Part shown: positions 37,017 to 47,679 of the stretch, piece by piece
How the letters are laid out: every line of letters starts with the position of its first letter
Numbering within the stretch: the first letter of the stretch is position 1
NCBI GenBank assembly: GCA_963719505.1
Contig: CAVRCF010000005.1
Span: forward strand, 96,001-160,000
Direction of reading: 5' to 3'
From: Halobacteriovoraceae bacterium
GTDB lineage: Bacteria > Bdellovibrionota > Bacteriovoracia > Bacteriovoracales > Bacteriovoracaceae
DNA: 64,000 bases
Program-made: the position numbers and the translations under genes
Notes under the pieces: generated by a model
Told to the model about the DNA's origin: nothing
What the model saw: the letters and a program-made list of their open reading frames with translations, nothing else
Database searches by the model: none

Positions 37017-38354
37017 ATGAAAAAATTATTATTAGGCGCAATGATTGCAACTAGTTTCAGTGCCACAGCAGCGACGATTGCTGTCATCGACTCTGGAACG
37101 GACGTAGAGCATGTAGATTTTCAAGATAAGATCTGGACCAACGCTAAAGAGATAGCAGATAACGGTAGAGATGAAGACGGAAATGGATATCAAGATGATG
37201 TTTATGGATGGAATTTTGCTGAGCAAAATAATCTTGTTATGGATAGAAGTTATTTAGGGACTTTCTCAAATGACCCTTATAAGTTTTTCGACATTCAAGG
37301 AAAGTCTTTCTTAGGTGAAGCAACTGAAGAAGAGATTGCTTGGGTAAATGAGAAAAGAAAAGATCCAGACTTTATTAAAGAGATGGGAATTTTTGGAAAC
37401 TTTGTTCACGGAACACATGTTGCTGGTATTACAGTTAAAGATGTTACTGATGCTAAGATTCTAACGATTAAGCTCATCCCTACAGAAGTAAAACTTCCTG
37501 GAAGCAAAAAATACAAGACAATGGATGAAGGTGGTCGTGAGAGAGCTCTTCATGCAGCTTTAGATGCTTTTGCTAAATTACAAATGACAATGATTGAAGA
37601 AGCTTTCTACTATGTTGGTCAACACAAAGCAGATATTGCCAATGGATCTTTCGGAACTGGTCGTGACCAAATTAGAGCGATTACAGATGTCATGTATAGA
37701 GTAATCTTCTTCAAAAAACCAACAGAAGAGCAGTCTATTAAAACGGCTAATTATATGATGAATAGCTTAATTAAGTATGGACAGAAAGCGGTTGCTGCTG
37801 CTCCTAATACGCTTTTCGTTTTCGCTGCTGGTAACTCAGGTCTAAATAATGATGAGATTCCAACGAGTCCAACAAACGTTCAGGCAGATAATGTTATCTC
37901 TGTTGCTGCAACTTATAAGTATAACTTTATTGCACCATTTTCTAACTATGGATCAAAGATGGTTGATGTAGCGGCTCCAGGGATGCTTATTAATTCTCAA
38001 ATTCCTGGAAATGAGTATTTAAAAGTTTCTGGAACGTCTCAAGCGGCTCCTTATGTTGCAAGAATTGCTGGGCAAATAAAAGATTCAAATAAGAACCTAA
38101 CACCTAAGCAAATCAAAGAAATCATTATGGGAACTGTTGATAAAAAAGACTTCCTTGATATGAAAGTAAAAACTAACGGAATTGTTAACCTTAATAGAGC
38201 TGTTCATGCTGCAAAGTTAAGTTTAACGATGAATGTTGGTGATGCTATTCAAGCATCAAATGTAAGTGTTGCTGACGTACAAGTTTTTGAGGAAAAAACT
38301 TTCTTTAATCCTGAGCTTATTACGCCAATTCCATTGCCATCACTTTTCAAGTAA
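37017..38354 (+). CDS. Secreted subtilisin-like S8 serine protease
   Basis: Signal peptide; IDSG, HGTHVAG, AAGN, SGTSQAAP. Confidence 0.95.
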   Translation: MKKLLLGAMIATSFSATAATIAVIDSGTDVEHVDFQDKIWTNAKEIADNGRDEDGNGYQDDVYGWNFAEQNNLVMDRSYLGTFSNDPYKFFDIQGKSFLGEATEEEIAWVNEKRKDPDFIKEMGIFGNFVHGTHVAGITVKDVTDAKILTIKLIPTEVKLPGSKKYKTMDEGGRERALHAALDAFAKLQMTMIEEAFYYVGQHKADIANGSFGTGRDQIRAITDVMYRVIFFKKPTEEQSIKTANYMMNSLIKYGQKAVAAAPNTLFVFAAGNSGLNNDEIPTSPTNVQADNVISVAATYKYNFIAPFSNYGSKMVDVAAPGMLINSQIPGNEYLKVSGTSQAAPYVARIAGQIKDSNKNLTPKQIKEIIMGTVDKKDFLDMKVKTNGIVNLNRAVHAAKLSLTMNVGDAIQASNVSVADVQVFEEKTFFNPELITPIPLPSLFK

Positions 38355-38383
38355 CTTAAACTATATAGATATAGTAATTTTCT

Positions 38384-38412
38384 AGCCGTGCATTTATGCG
38401 CGGCTTTTTTTT
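38384..38412 (+). terminator. Rho-independent terminator
   Basis: AGCCGTGCAT-TT-ATGCGCGGCT followed by T run. Confidence 0.8.
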
Positions 38413-38439
38413 ATCCACTTCAAATAAGGACAGAATATT

Positions 38440-39819
38440 ATGGATGGTTTCATGAAAAGTTTAGAGGTTTTGACCGGCGAGTTCGTTGGGGCAGTATGGG
38501 GTTTGCCACTAGTAGGGTTACTCGTAGGTGCCGGTATCATATTTTCTTTTTTCTTTGGCTTCCCACAATTAAGTCTGTTTAAACATGCTATAGATATCGT
38601 TAGGGGAAAGTATGACAACCCTGATGATCCAGGTGAAATTTCTCACTTCCAGGCACTAACGACTGCTCTGTCTGCAACAGTTGGTCTTGGTAATATTGCC
38701 GGAGTTGCCGTTGCGGTTGCCGCTGGTGGACCTGGAGCGGTTTTTTGGCTTTGGGTTGCGGGCTTCATTGGAATGACGACCAAATTTACTGAGGTCACAC
38801 TTTCATTAAACTATAGAGAAGTTAGAGAAGATGGTTCAGTTCACGGTGGACCGATGTACGTTATAAAAAATGCACTTTCTTCCAAGTTTGCTTTTCTTGG
38901 TTGGCTCTATGCTTTTTTTGTTATTCTCTCTTCTTTTGGTGCTGGAAACATGTTTCAGTCTAACCAAATGGCGTCAATTATTAATACCTCAGCAGGTGTT
39001 CCAGAGTGGATATCGGGTTTAGTTTTTGCTCTTTTGGCCTTTATTGTTCTTATTGGTGGTATTAAAAGAATTGCTCAAGTAACTGAGAAGTTAGTTCCAG
39101 CGATGGTTGTTCTCTACGTTGGTGGGGCACTGTTTGTCGTTTTTTATAATTATTCAAATATTGGAAATATGTTTGCCCTTATTTTTGAATCAGCATTTTC
39201 TGGTACTGCCGCTGCTGGTGCATTTTCAGGTGTTGTTGTAAAAGAGGTTATTATTCAGGGTATTCGTCGTGCAACGTTCTCAAGTGAGGCGGGTATGGGA
39301 TCTGCAGCAATGGCTCACGCCGCTGCTAAATCAACTCCTATTCAAGAAGGGATTGTTGCTCTTTTAGAACCATTTATTGATACAATTGTTGTTTGTACGA
39401 TTACAGCTCTTGCCATTTTAAGTTCAGATGCTTGGATGAATAGTTCAGCGGCTGGAGTTGATTTAACGGCTGCAGCTTTTTCTTCAGCTATGGGTCCTCT
39501 TGGGGCATGGATTGTTACTATTACTGTTACGATGTTTGCTTTCTCAACTCTTATCTCATGGTCTTATTATGGTGAACAAGGTGTGACTTTTATCTTTGGT
39601 GATAAAGGTATTTTTACTTATAGAATCATCTTTTGTGTTTTCGTTTTCCTTGGATCGATTGCTAATCTTCCCGTTGTTCTCAATATCTCGGATGGAGTTT
39701 ATGGACTTTTGGCCATTCCAAACATGATTGCTTGTTTTATGCTTCTGCCTAAAGTGAAGGAGCTTCTTGTCGACTACAGGAAACAACTTAAGTCTGGTGA
39801 AATTAAAGCTTTTAAATAA
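38440..39819 (+). CDS. Alanine/glycine:cation symporter (AGCS family)
   Basis: ALSATVGLGNIAGVA, GGPGAVFW, GGPMY, FSSEAGMGSA. Confidence 0.95.
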   Translation: MDGFMKSLEVLTGEFVGAVWGLPLVGLLVGAGIIFSFFFGFPQLSLFKHAIDIVRGKYDNPDDPGEISHFQALTTALSATVGLGNIAGVAVAVAAGGPGAVFWLWVAGFIGMTTKFTEVTLSLNYREVREDGSVHGGPMYVIKNALSSKFAFLGWLYAFFVILSSFGAGNMFQSNQMASIINTSAGVPEWISGLVFALLAFIVLIGGIKRIAQVTEKLVPAMVVLYVGGALFVVFYNYSNIGNMFALIFESAFSGTAAAGAFSGVVVKEVIIQGIRRATFSSEAGMGSAAMAHAAAKSTPIQEGIVALLEPFIDTIVVCTITALAILSSDAWMNSSAAGVDLTAAAFSSAMGPLGAWIVTITVTMFAFSTLISWSYYGEQGVTFIFGDKGIFTYRIIFCVFVFLGSIANLPVVLNISDGVYGLLAIPNMIACFMLLPKVKELLVDYRKQLKSGEIKAFK

Positions 39820-39827
39820 TTAAAACT

Positions 39828-39858
39828 AAGCCTCTCTATTTTGGAGAGGCTTTTTTTT
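39828..39858. terminator. Terminator between convergent genes
   Basis: AAGCCTCTC...GAGAGGCTT followed by T run. Confidence 0.8.
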
Positions 39859-42800
39859 ACTCTCTTTCTAGAGCAGGACTTCTGACTCTTTCATCACTTT
39901 CATTTCCCCAGAAAAAATCATTCCCAAGACTAGATATATCTTCAGTTATTCTATCTCTTATCGTCTCGTTGCTATTATATTTATGTCCCATAAGGATGCC
40001 TTCAACATTTCGATCCATATGACTTTTATACAAGTTTGCTTTAAAGAACTCTACTGTTTGATCCAAGGTATACGATGGCTTTTTAAAGAGCCTCGCAAGT
40101 TTAAGGGCCTCTCGATCGACATTTTCATCGTAATTCCTATAACCATTCGTAATTTTATCCACACTTTGATTTAGTTTATCCATCACTGTTTGTTGACTAA
40201 ACTCATTATCCATTCGTGGTGGATAGTCACCTTTGTCGACCGTTGCTAGAACAGCATCATTGATTACCGAATGAATCATTATATTTCTATTTGATTTTGG
40301 TATTCTCTCCCAATCAATAAGGTTTTCTATGTTTTTTGCGTCACTAAAGTAGGTTTCAGCGGCTTTCTTTCCGGCATTACTACCAAAGGTGATGCTTCCC
40401 CAAAGAAATTTCTTTCCTCTAGTCGCTTGCTCAAATGTTTGTTCAATCGCTGAGACTCCAAAATTTCCTAAGACTTGAATCTTCACAAAATGATCGGCAA
40501 AGTCTTTGTCATTGAAGACTTGGTTGATGAGAACTTTTGAGAGCTCTTTTTTAACCTTTTCAGAAGAACTTAAAAGTGCATCGATATTAGCATGCGCATA
40601 CTTCATCACCTCACCATCAGAGAAGAGGGTAGAGTAAAGTTTCTTAGATTCTAAGTTCTTATCTAAAAGCTCTTGCATTGATGTTATCATTTTATTAGCG
40701 TGCACAAGCTTAATATCTTTATAAGGGTTTTGAATGGACTTAAGTTTATCTTTTAAATTGTCCATAATACCATTTTCAAACTCAGCTTTAAATAAAGTCT
40801 GTATCTGACCTTTAATAATAAGGTCGTAAAAGCGTGACTTTTGAAACTGCTGGTTATTTGAAAACCTTTGAATGTTTTGACACTCTTCTTTTATCTCACT
40901 CATTTTATCACTATAAGTTTGTCTTCCTTGTTCTCGATAGAGGTTTATTCCAATTTTTAAATAATCAGCGAGCTTTGTCATTGACAGTGGTTCGCTATCT
41001 GGGCTTTGATCTGTTTGAGTTATCTTGTAAAGTCCAAAAAGACAGGCTTTATCAAAAGATGAGCTAAAGCCTTGATCGTTGACCTTTGCTAGAAGATTTT
41101 TATGAATAACACCTACAGTTCTTTGTTCTAGGTTGGCAGTAGCATCATCTAAAAAGGCGTCAACTGTTTTACCTTCTTTGAGGTGAGTTTTTAAAGCTTC
41201 TCTAAAAATATAGTGCGTTCTTTTATCAGGGTTGAGATCAGAAGGCAGGTTAACCGAATACTTCTCTTTTAATTGATTGGCCTTAAGACTTAATATATTG
41301 AAAACCTCAGTTCGACTGTTAAAGAACTGATTCTCTACTAAAGGATCAAGAGCGGCTATAGCTTCTTTTATAACGACATTTGATATGACTAAAGAGGTGG
41401 CCTCTTGTTCGCATTTATTTTGAAGTTTTGTTAGACCATCGTTTTCATTAAAGGCCAAAAAGCTCGTCCACGGTTGTTGAGTTCCCATTTGAGTGAATTC
41501 GCGTGAGAAGCATTCTTTTATTTCATTTTGAACTAATGGTCTCTGATCTTTTAAATAGTTCTTATCTTTAACCTTCTCAAGATTTGACTGGATACTTTTG
41601 TCAAATTCAAGTCCCGCAATAATATAACTTGAGTCTGCGATAGCAGTTTGAATACAGCTATAGAAAGCGGGATTTCGATCGAGGTACGTTTTTGTTTGTT
41701 CCGCAGTATTAATAGGGTAGCGAGAAGTTGAATTTTGAATATCTGTAAAAGATGAAGTTACACTTGTATTTGTACAGGCCTTAAATTCCTTAATAATCAG
41801 ATTGAGATCGGCGCGTTCTTGTGAGTTGTTATCTTTCAAGCTTTTTTCAATAACCATTGACGCCGCTTTCATTTCAATTGAAGGCGTACAAAGGGTAGCA
41901 TCTTTTGTGCCTTGTTGTGAGTCCATGCAAGGAGTGTAGGCATCAGTCAAAATTTTCTCTGTTATTGCTGTCAGCTGATTTGATCGAGCGATACCGTATT
42001 GATCGATTGTTGTAGAGCCTTCATTGTATGAATCTTTCAATGTTTTATTATTTAAAAGAATCAAAGAGACAAATTTTCTTGAAACGTTCTCTTGAGCAAA
42101 ATCACCACATTGACCAATATACTTTTCATAAGCGGTGGGATCAATTTTTCTAAGAGCACTTGGATCATTCAAAATAGAGTTGGATGATTCAAGCTTTTTA
42201 TTGAGACAACTGGTCAGATCATTCCACGTTCCTTCTTTTAAAGAGGTCGCCATTTTATCTGTCATTTCAAAATCTTTTTTAAAGACTTCTTTTTGATCTT
42301 CAATTAGTTTTTCAAGGTAGGGCTTTATACTGGTGGTGATCGATTGGACGACACATCCTTGAACCCTTTGAGTATCGGTTGCTGAGTCATCCTCAGACAG
42401 AAAATTTACCTGAGTACCACAAGAGTTTTCAGGACACTTTTCGGGGTGTTTTTGACAGAAATTATTCTTTAGACTGGCTCTGTAGTGGATTTTGTCTTTT
42501 AGTCCTATAAAGCTTTGATTGAGTCCAGAATAGTTTATCTCACTTGCCAGACATTTTTTATAGTTTTCAACTGCTTTTGGAATCAAAGTATCATTGGTAA
42601 ATCTCTCTTTTTCAGAAGGGGTCCACGTCTTTGGTAAACGGTCAGAAAAACTATTGGCCACAATGAGGGGGAGAACTTTCTGTCCTATTTCAATCGGGGC
42701 TTCCACTGAGTAAACAAGACTTACATATTGAGTGAGATCATCTGTTTTTATACTTTCTAATTCCTGATAGCTTTCAAGGCCTTCTAAAAACTGATCCGTC

Positions 42801-43618
42801 TGAGCGTTAATATCTCCTGTTAAGTAGGGAGACAATAGACCTTTTAGTTGATCTGTCGTAATTTTTCGAGCAAACATGGAGACGGCATCTGTGGTAATCT
42901 CTTTTTGCTTTTTTTGAATGCGCATAAGACTCATGGATTCATAATCACTTGAGATTTCTTCAGCTATCTTTTCGGCGTCACTCCAGTCGAGCGCACCTTC
43001 AGGTTTAGGTGCTATACAGGCTTCTTTTACATTGAGTAAAATCAGATTTTTGATAAAGCTTGAAGATCCTCTTTTGCCTCCACAAGCAAAAAAGTGATCA
43101 ATTAGTTTATCCGTATCATTGTCGGTTAAAAGTTTTAGTAATTTTCCTGAGAGCCTTTTTGTTTTTCTTGGTCTCACAAAGTCTGCTTCAGTTAGTTCAC
43201 TGATTTCATCTTGTAGTTTTATAAAGGGAATTATATTGGCACAAATGGCATCTGAATCAGAGTTAACAATGGTGGTAATACTTCTAAAGAGATCGATAAA
43301 GTTTGGAGTATACTGTCGTTGCTGGGGCGTGCAGCTTGAGTTTCCAAAATCGAAATTTTGGACGACTTCAGAAGCTGGGCAGTAGTCAGAGCTGGCCTTA
43401 TTAAGTTCTTCTGTTAAAGCCGATAGATCATTGAGATCCCTGAGTGTCGTCTCAATATAATAACCGAGTGAATTTTGATGAGGGATTCTAACCTTAAAGA
43501 TATCATTATGAGCTTTATACTCCAAAGTGACTTCACTACAGTGAAGAAGGGGCTTCATCTTTTGCCAATCTGAGGCAAAGATATTGAATGATAATAACAA
43601 GATTATAAGTTTAAGCAT
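39857..43618 (-). CDS. Giant secreted Cys-rich helical hypothetical protein (~1250 aa)
   Basis: MLKLIILLLSFNIFA| signal peptide; regularly spaced Cys in helical segments. Confidence 0.85.
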   Translation of the reverse strand: MLKLIILLLSFNIFASDWQKMKPLLHCSEVTLEYKAHNDIFKVRIPHQNSLGYYIETTLRDLNDLSALTEELNKASSDYCPASEVVQNFDFGNSSCTPQQRQYTPNFIDLFRSITTIVNSDSDAICANIIPFIKLQDEISELTEADFVRPRKTKRLSGKLLKLLTDNDTDKLIDHFFACGGKRGSSSFIKNLILLNVKEACIAPKPEGALDWSDAEKIAEEISSDYESMSLMRIQKKQKEITTDAVSMFARKITTDQLKGLLSPYLTGDINAQTDQFLEGLESYQELESIKTDDLTQYVSLVYSVEAPIEIGQKVLPLIVANSFSDRLPKTWTPSEKERFTNDTLIPKAVENYKKCLASEINYSGLNQSFIGLKDKIHYRASLKNNFCQKHPEKCPENSCGTQVNFLSEDDSATDTQRVQGCVVQSITTSIKPYLEKLIEDQKEVFKKDFEMTDKMATSLKEGTWNDLTSCLNKKLESSNSILNDPSALRKIDPTAYEKYIGQCGDFAQENVSRKFVSLILLNNKTLKDSYNEGSTTIDQYGIARSNQLTAITEKILTDAYTPCMDSQQGTKDATLCTPSIEMKAASMVIEKSLKDNNSQERADLNLIIKEFKACTNTSVTSSFTDIQNSTSRYPINTAEQTKTYLDRNPAFYSCIQTAIADSSYIIAGLEFDKSIQSNLEKVKDKNYLKDQRPLVQNEIKECFSREFTQMGTQQPWTSFLAFNENDGLTKLQNKCEQEATSLVISNVVIKEAIAALDPLVENQFFNSRTEVFNILSLKANQLKEKYSVNLPSDLNPDKRTHYIFREALKTHLKEGKTVDAFLDDATANLEQRTVGVIHKNLLAKVNDQGFSSSFDKACLFGLYKITQTDQSPDSEPLSMTKLADYLKIGINLYREQGRQTYSDKMSEIKEECQNIQRFSNNQQFQKSRFYDLIIKGQIQTLFKAEFENGIMDNLKDKLKSIQNPYKDIKLVHANKMITSMQELLDKNLESKKLYSTLFSDGEVMKYAHANIDALLSSSEKVKKELSKVLINQVFNDKDFADHFVKIQVLGNFGVSAIEQTFEQATRGKKFLWGSITFGSNAGKKAAETYFSDAKNIENLIDWERIPKSNRNIMIHSVINDAVLATVDKGDYPPRMDNEFSQQTVMDKLNQSVDKITNGYRNYDENVDREALKLARLFKKPSYTLDQTVEFFKANLYKSHMDRNVEGILMGHKYNSNETIRDRITEDISSLGNDFFWGNESDERVRSPALERE

Positions 43619-43625
43619 CACACTC

Positions 43626-43653
43626 TTATCGGCGTGATGCCGCTAATACTTGA
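43626..43653 (-). promoter_or_regulatory. Sigma28 (FliA)-type promoter
   Basis: TCAAG-15 nt-GCCGATAA, 7 nt before ATG 43618, no SD. Confidence 0.65.
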
Positions 43654-43661
43654 GTAAAATG

Positions 43662-44855
43662 CTAATAAATAATAATTTCTTTTCTTTGCTCTAAGTACTT
43701 AGAAAGATGTTCAAATTCTAATGTATTGAGCTCTTGAAGAGTGCCATTGTTCTCAAGCCACGATCTCAGTCTATCGGTGCCGTTGATCATATCCAGTGGA
43801 TGTTGACCTTCACCGTACTCATAAGCCTCTTCTTTGTATTTGAAATCGTCCCCAATAAGGTTTCTGATTTCGCGACAAAGAATTTGGCACACCCGCCAAG
43901 GCTTAAAGGTGTGTCGGTCAGTAACGTGAATTTGAAAACCACCACAAGATATTCCAGCGTGCTTTTGAAATGTTGGCTGAAAGTTTATAGGGCGAAGAAC
44001 AAAGCCTGTAAGACAATTTTCTTTAAAGACTTCATCCATTTTTGTTTTAAAGGTCCAAGGGTTAATTTTTGGATGTCCCACGATCTCTAGAGATCGGGTC
44101 GTGCCACGTCCTTCAGAGATATTTGTCCCCTCAAAAAGAACTGTTCCTACAAAAGGCAAGCACCCCTCAGGTGTTGGGAGATTGGGCGACGGCAGCACCC
44201 AAGGCAGATACGTATCTTCAAAATACATCTGTCGGGAATAGCCTTCCATTTTTATAATATCAACTTTAGCTTTTTTATCAGTCCAAAACTTTTGATGCAT
44301 TCTGGCCACTTCACCCATGGTGAGACCATGTCTTACAGGAATAGGGTGTCTTCCAACAAAAGAAGAAAAATTAGTATCTAGGACATTTCCTTCAACGTCA
44401 TTGGCATTAATAGGATTTGGTCTATCTAAAATAATAACTTCTATGTCCTTATCCGCACACGCTTCTAAGACATATGTCATGGTGTAAATATAGGTGTAAA
44501 TTCTCGTGCCTACATCTTGAAGATCGATAAAGAGGTGATCAATTCCCTCGAGCATTTTATCGGTGGGTCTTCTTGTTTCACTGTAGAGAGAGTAAACGGG
44601 AAGATTAAAGTAGGGATGAACAAAATGGTCCGTTTCAATCATATTGTCTTGAACATCTGTGACAAAGCCGTGTTGAGGTCCAAAGACCTTTACCACTTGT
44701 TTGCCGAAGATCTCAATAAATTTTACTAAGGCGTGCTCATAGTTTTTATCGATACTTGCAGAGTGGCAAAGAAGGCCTATTTTCCCTTTGTATTTTTTTT
44801 GTAACTCTTTTGACTCAATTAATTTTTGCAATCCAGTTAGTACTTGATTAGACAT
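43662..44855 (-). CDS. namZ: Exo-beta-N-acetylmuramidase NamZ (DUF1343) family
   Basis: FGPQHG, VYSLY, DLQDVGTRIYTYI, LDRPNP, RHGLTMGE, SEGRGTT. Confidence 0.92.
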   Translation of the reverse strand: MSNQVLTGLQKLIESKELQKKYKGKIGLLCHSASIDKNYEHALVKFIEIFGKQVVKVFGPQHGFVTDVQDNMIETDHFVHPYFNLPVYSLYSETRRPTDKMLEGIDHLFIDLQDVGTRIYTYIYTMTYVLEACADKDIEVIILDRPNPINANDVEGNVLDTNFSSFVGRHPIPVRHGLTMGEVARMHQKFWTDKKAKVDIIKMEGYSRQMYFEDTYLPWVLPSPNLPTPEGCLPFVGTVLFEGTNISEGRGTTRSLEIVGHPKINPWTFKTKMDEVFKENCLTGFVLRPINFQPTFQKHAGISCGGFQIHVTDRHTFKPWRVCQILCREIRNLIGDDFKYKEEAYEYGEGQHPLDMINGTDRLRSWLENNGTLQELNTLEFEHLSKYLEQRKEIIIY

Positions 44856-44935
44856 GCCGTTTTGACCTTTTTTTAGTTAACACTTTATAAATGATATTTT
44901 ACAATTAACAATAACACCACACAAGAGAGAAAGAC

Positions 44936-45730
44936 ATGAAGCAGTATCTAGAATTAATGAAAAGGGCCTATGACAATGGAGTCTCAAAAGAGGATCGAAC
45001 CGGAACAGGTATTCGTTCAGTCTTTGGGCATCAAATGCGATTTGATCTCTCTGAGAGCTTTCCTATGGTAACGACCAAAAAATGCCATATGAAGTCTATC
45101 ATTCACGAACTGTTATGGTTTTTAAAGGGTTCTGGAAATATTAATGATCTCAAAGAGCATAAAGTTCGCATTTGGGATGAGTGGGCCGATGAAAATGGAG
45201 ATTTAGGTCCTGTTTACGGTGTTCAGTGGCGTTCATGGAAGGGTGTTGATGGAAAAACTCACGACCAAATTAAAGATGTTATAGAACAGATCAAGACTAA
45301 TCCAAACTCCAGACGTCTTATCGTCAACGCGTGGAACGTAGGGGAGCTTGAACACATGGCTTTACCACCTTGCCATATGTTTTTTCAATTTTATGTGGCC
45401 AATGGTCGCCTGTCTTGCCAGCTCTACCAAAGAAGTGCTGATATTTTCCTAGGCGTGCCTTTTAATATTGCAAGCTACGCTCTTTTGACGATGATGGTGG
45501 CTCAGGTTACAGGTTTAAAACCAGGTGAGTTTGTCCACACTATTGGAGATGCCCATATATACAATAATCACATCGAACAGTGTGAGCTGCAAATGAGCAG
45601 AGAGCCATTTTCATTGCCAAAAATGATCATAAACCCAAGTGTGAAAAATATTGATGACTTTAAGTTTGAAGATTTTGAGCTGGTCGGGTATGAAGCTCAC
45701 CCGCATATTAAAGGAATTGTCGCAGTATGA
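44936..45730 (+). CDS. thyA: Thymidylate synthase
   Basis: [35 protein letters not shown]. Confidence 0.99.
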   Translation: MKQYLELMKRAYDNGVSKEDRTGTGIRSVFGHQMRFDLSESFPMVTTKKCHMKSIIHELLWFLKGSGNINDLKEHKVRIWDEWADENGDLGPVYGVQWRSWKGVDGKTHDQIKDVIEQIKTNPNSRRLIVNAWNVGELEHMALPPCHMFFQFYVANGRLSCQLYQRSADIFLGVPFNIASYALLTMMVAQVTGLKPGEFVHTIGDAHIYNNHIEQCELQMSREPFSLPKMIINPSVKNIDDFKFEDFELVGYEAHPHIKGIVAV

Positions 45731-46245
45731 TCGTCTCGGTCATTACAGCTTTTGATAAAAATGGCGCCATCGGCTCCAAAGGAAATCTTCCTTGGTCGGT
45801 AAAAGACGATTTTGAAAATTATAAAAAGATAACAAGTGGTCACTGCCTTATCATGGGGCGAAAAACTTTTGAATCAGACACTCAACCTCTTCCAGGTCGA
45901 ACAAATATCGTTATCACCACAAATAGACAGTACAAAGTTGAGGATCAGCGCACACATATCCGTCACAGTGTCGAAGATGGGCTTAAATTGGCCTTAGAAC
46001 TTGGATTTGAGCAATGCTTTATCAACGGTGGTGGTCAGATCTACGAGCTTGGCATGCCCTATGTCTCAAAAGTCTATATCTCAACAATAAATTGTCAAAT
46101 TAGTGACGCCGATTCTTACTTTCCAAAAACAGATTTTGGAAGCTGGGAAAAAGTGGAAAGTGCTCACTACCCAAAAAATGAGAGAAATGACTACGCTTGG
46201 GATTTTAATGTCTATACAAGAATCGCTCCCTCCCACTTTGGTTAG
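45727..46245 (+). CDS. folA: Dihydrofolate reductase (copy 1)
   Basis: [33 protein letters not shown]. Confidence 0.95.
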   Translation: MIVSVITAFDKNGAIGSKGNLPWSVKDDFENYKKITSGHCLIMGRKTFESDTQPLPGRTNIVITTNRQYKVEDQRTHIRHSVEDGLKLALELGFEQCFINGGGQIYELGMPYVSKVYISTINCQISDADSYFPKTDFGSWEKVESAHYPKNERNDYAWDFNVYTRIAPSHFG

Positions 46246-46336
46246 TACTTGATTAAAAAGATCATTTAACAAAGTCTTACATTTGTAACCTTTAAGCTTG
46301 GGTATCTTTCCATATCGTTTCTCTATGCATAAAGTG

Positions 46337-46369
46337 AATGTGAATAAATATTCATAATTTATTTACATT
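46337..46369. promoter_or_regulatory. Inverted repeat upstream of Agl/Glt cluster, candidate operator
   Basis: AATGTGAATAAAT-7 nt-ATTTATTTACATT (one mismatch). Confidence 0.4.
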
Positions 46370-46420
46370 TTTTGGGTTGAAAACAACGGATGTTTTTTTT
46401 TGGAAATAGGAGGTTTTTCC

Positions 46421-47125
46421 ATGAATCTTATAGAACAATTCCACGCTGGTGGATTCTTTATGTACTTTATCTTACTTTTTGGATTGCTAACAATCGGATT
46501 TATTTTCGAAAGAGCAATTGCGCTTTATACTCGTTATAAGACGGCTCCAAAAGATTTTAGACAAAATATTCTAAGCTTTATTGCTAACAATGATTTTGAT
46601 TCTGCAAAAAATTATATTGAAATGTCCGCAAAGAATACTTCAATTGGAAATATCGCAGCTGTCGGTTGTAAAATGAGACAAGCTGGAGCTGGAGACGAAG
46701 CTCTTCAAGCGAGAATGGACGAGCAGCTTTCAAAAGAAATTAGCTCTGTCGATAAAAGAACTGGATTTCTTGCGATGTTTGGTAACGTGGCAACTTTATT
46801 CGGTCTTCTAGGAACTGTTACAGGTCTTATTAGTTCATTTGCCGGTGTTGCAGCGGCCAGTCCAGTAGAAAGAGCAAACCTTCTTTCTCAAGGTATTTCT
46901 GAAGCCTTAAACTCAACAGCTTTTGGTCTTCTTGCTGCTATTCCAGCACTTGTTGCTTTCGCAATTTTTACAGCGAAAACAGAATCAATTGTTACGAAAT
47001 TAACTGAAGAAGCATCAGCTATCTATCACGACTTTCTTTTTTATACAGAAAATGATTCTGAGAATACGGGTAAGGGTTTTAAGAAACCAGAAGCTTCTGA
47101 ATTTGAAGCGACAACTCGTAACTAA
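46421..47125 (+). CDS. MotA/TolQ/ExbB proton channel (AglR-like)
   Basis: ATLFGLLGTVTGLI, GISEALNSTAFGL; ATG 46421 after AGGAGG. Confidence 0.92.
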   Translation: MNLIEQFHAGGFFMYFILLFGLLTIGFIFERAIALYTRYKTAPKDFRQNILSFIANNDFDSAKNYIEMSAKNTSIGNIAAVGCKMRQAGAGDEALQARMDEQLSKEISSVDKRTGFLAMFGNVATLFGLLGTVTGLISSFAGVAAASPVERANLLSQGISEALNSTAFGLLAAIPALVAFAIFTAKTESIVTKLTEEASAIYHDFLFYTENDSENTGKGFKKPEASEFEATTRN

Positions 47126-47129
47126 TTAT

Positions 47130-47151
47130 AAGCTCTCTTTCTAGAGAGCTT
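47130..47151 (+). other. Intergenic hairpin after aglR-like gene
   Basis: AAGCTCTCT-TTCT-AGAGAGCTT, no U tract. Confidence 0.55.
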
Positions 47152-47193
47152 GTGGAGAATTAATTTTGGTCTACGGATAGACCGAGGATAAAA

Positions 47194-47679
47194 ATGAGAA
47201 AGAATACAGGCCTTGGTGGCCCTAAAAAAGATTTAAATGCTGAGCTAAATCTCACTCCCTTTATCGATCTGCTTTCAACATGTGTTTGTTTCCTTCTGGT
47301 GACAGCTGTTTGGATAGAAATTGGAACAGTTGAAATCAAACAAAGCCATGGAACAGAAGCGGCGGCGAGTAAGAAGATTAGCTACGACCTTGATGTTGTT
47401 TATCAAGGGGCAAATAAACTTCGCATGAATTTAAAGAAAAACGGTCGAACGATTAAAGGCTTCAATGTTCAAGGTGAAAACTTTGAACAAATGACTGAGC
47501 AGATGAACACAATCGTTCAAACCAAAGTTTTAAACTTTAAAAACAAAGCGATTGAAATTGCGACAGCGACAATCACTCCTAGATCAGACGTCAATTACGG
47601 AAGCCTAGTCAAAACACTCGATGTGCTTCGTAAAAATCAGATCGTCAATATCGGGGTTCTTTCTGCGAGGGGTAACTAA
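47194..47679 (+). CDS. ExbD/TolR family (AglQ-like)
   Basis: ELNLTPFIDLLSTCVCFLL; YGSLVKTLD. Confidence 0.9.
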   Translation: MRKNTGLGGPKKDLNAELNLTPFIDLLSTCVCFLLVTAVWIEIGTVEIKQSHGTEAAASKKISYDLDVVYQGANKLRMNLKKNGRTIKGFNVQGENFEQMTEQMNTIVQTKVLNFKNKAIEIATATITPRSDVNYGSLVKTLDVLRKNQIVNIGVLSARGN

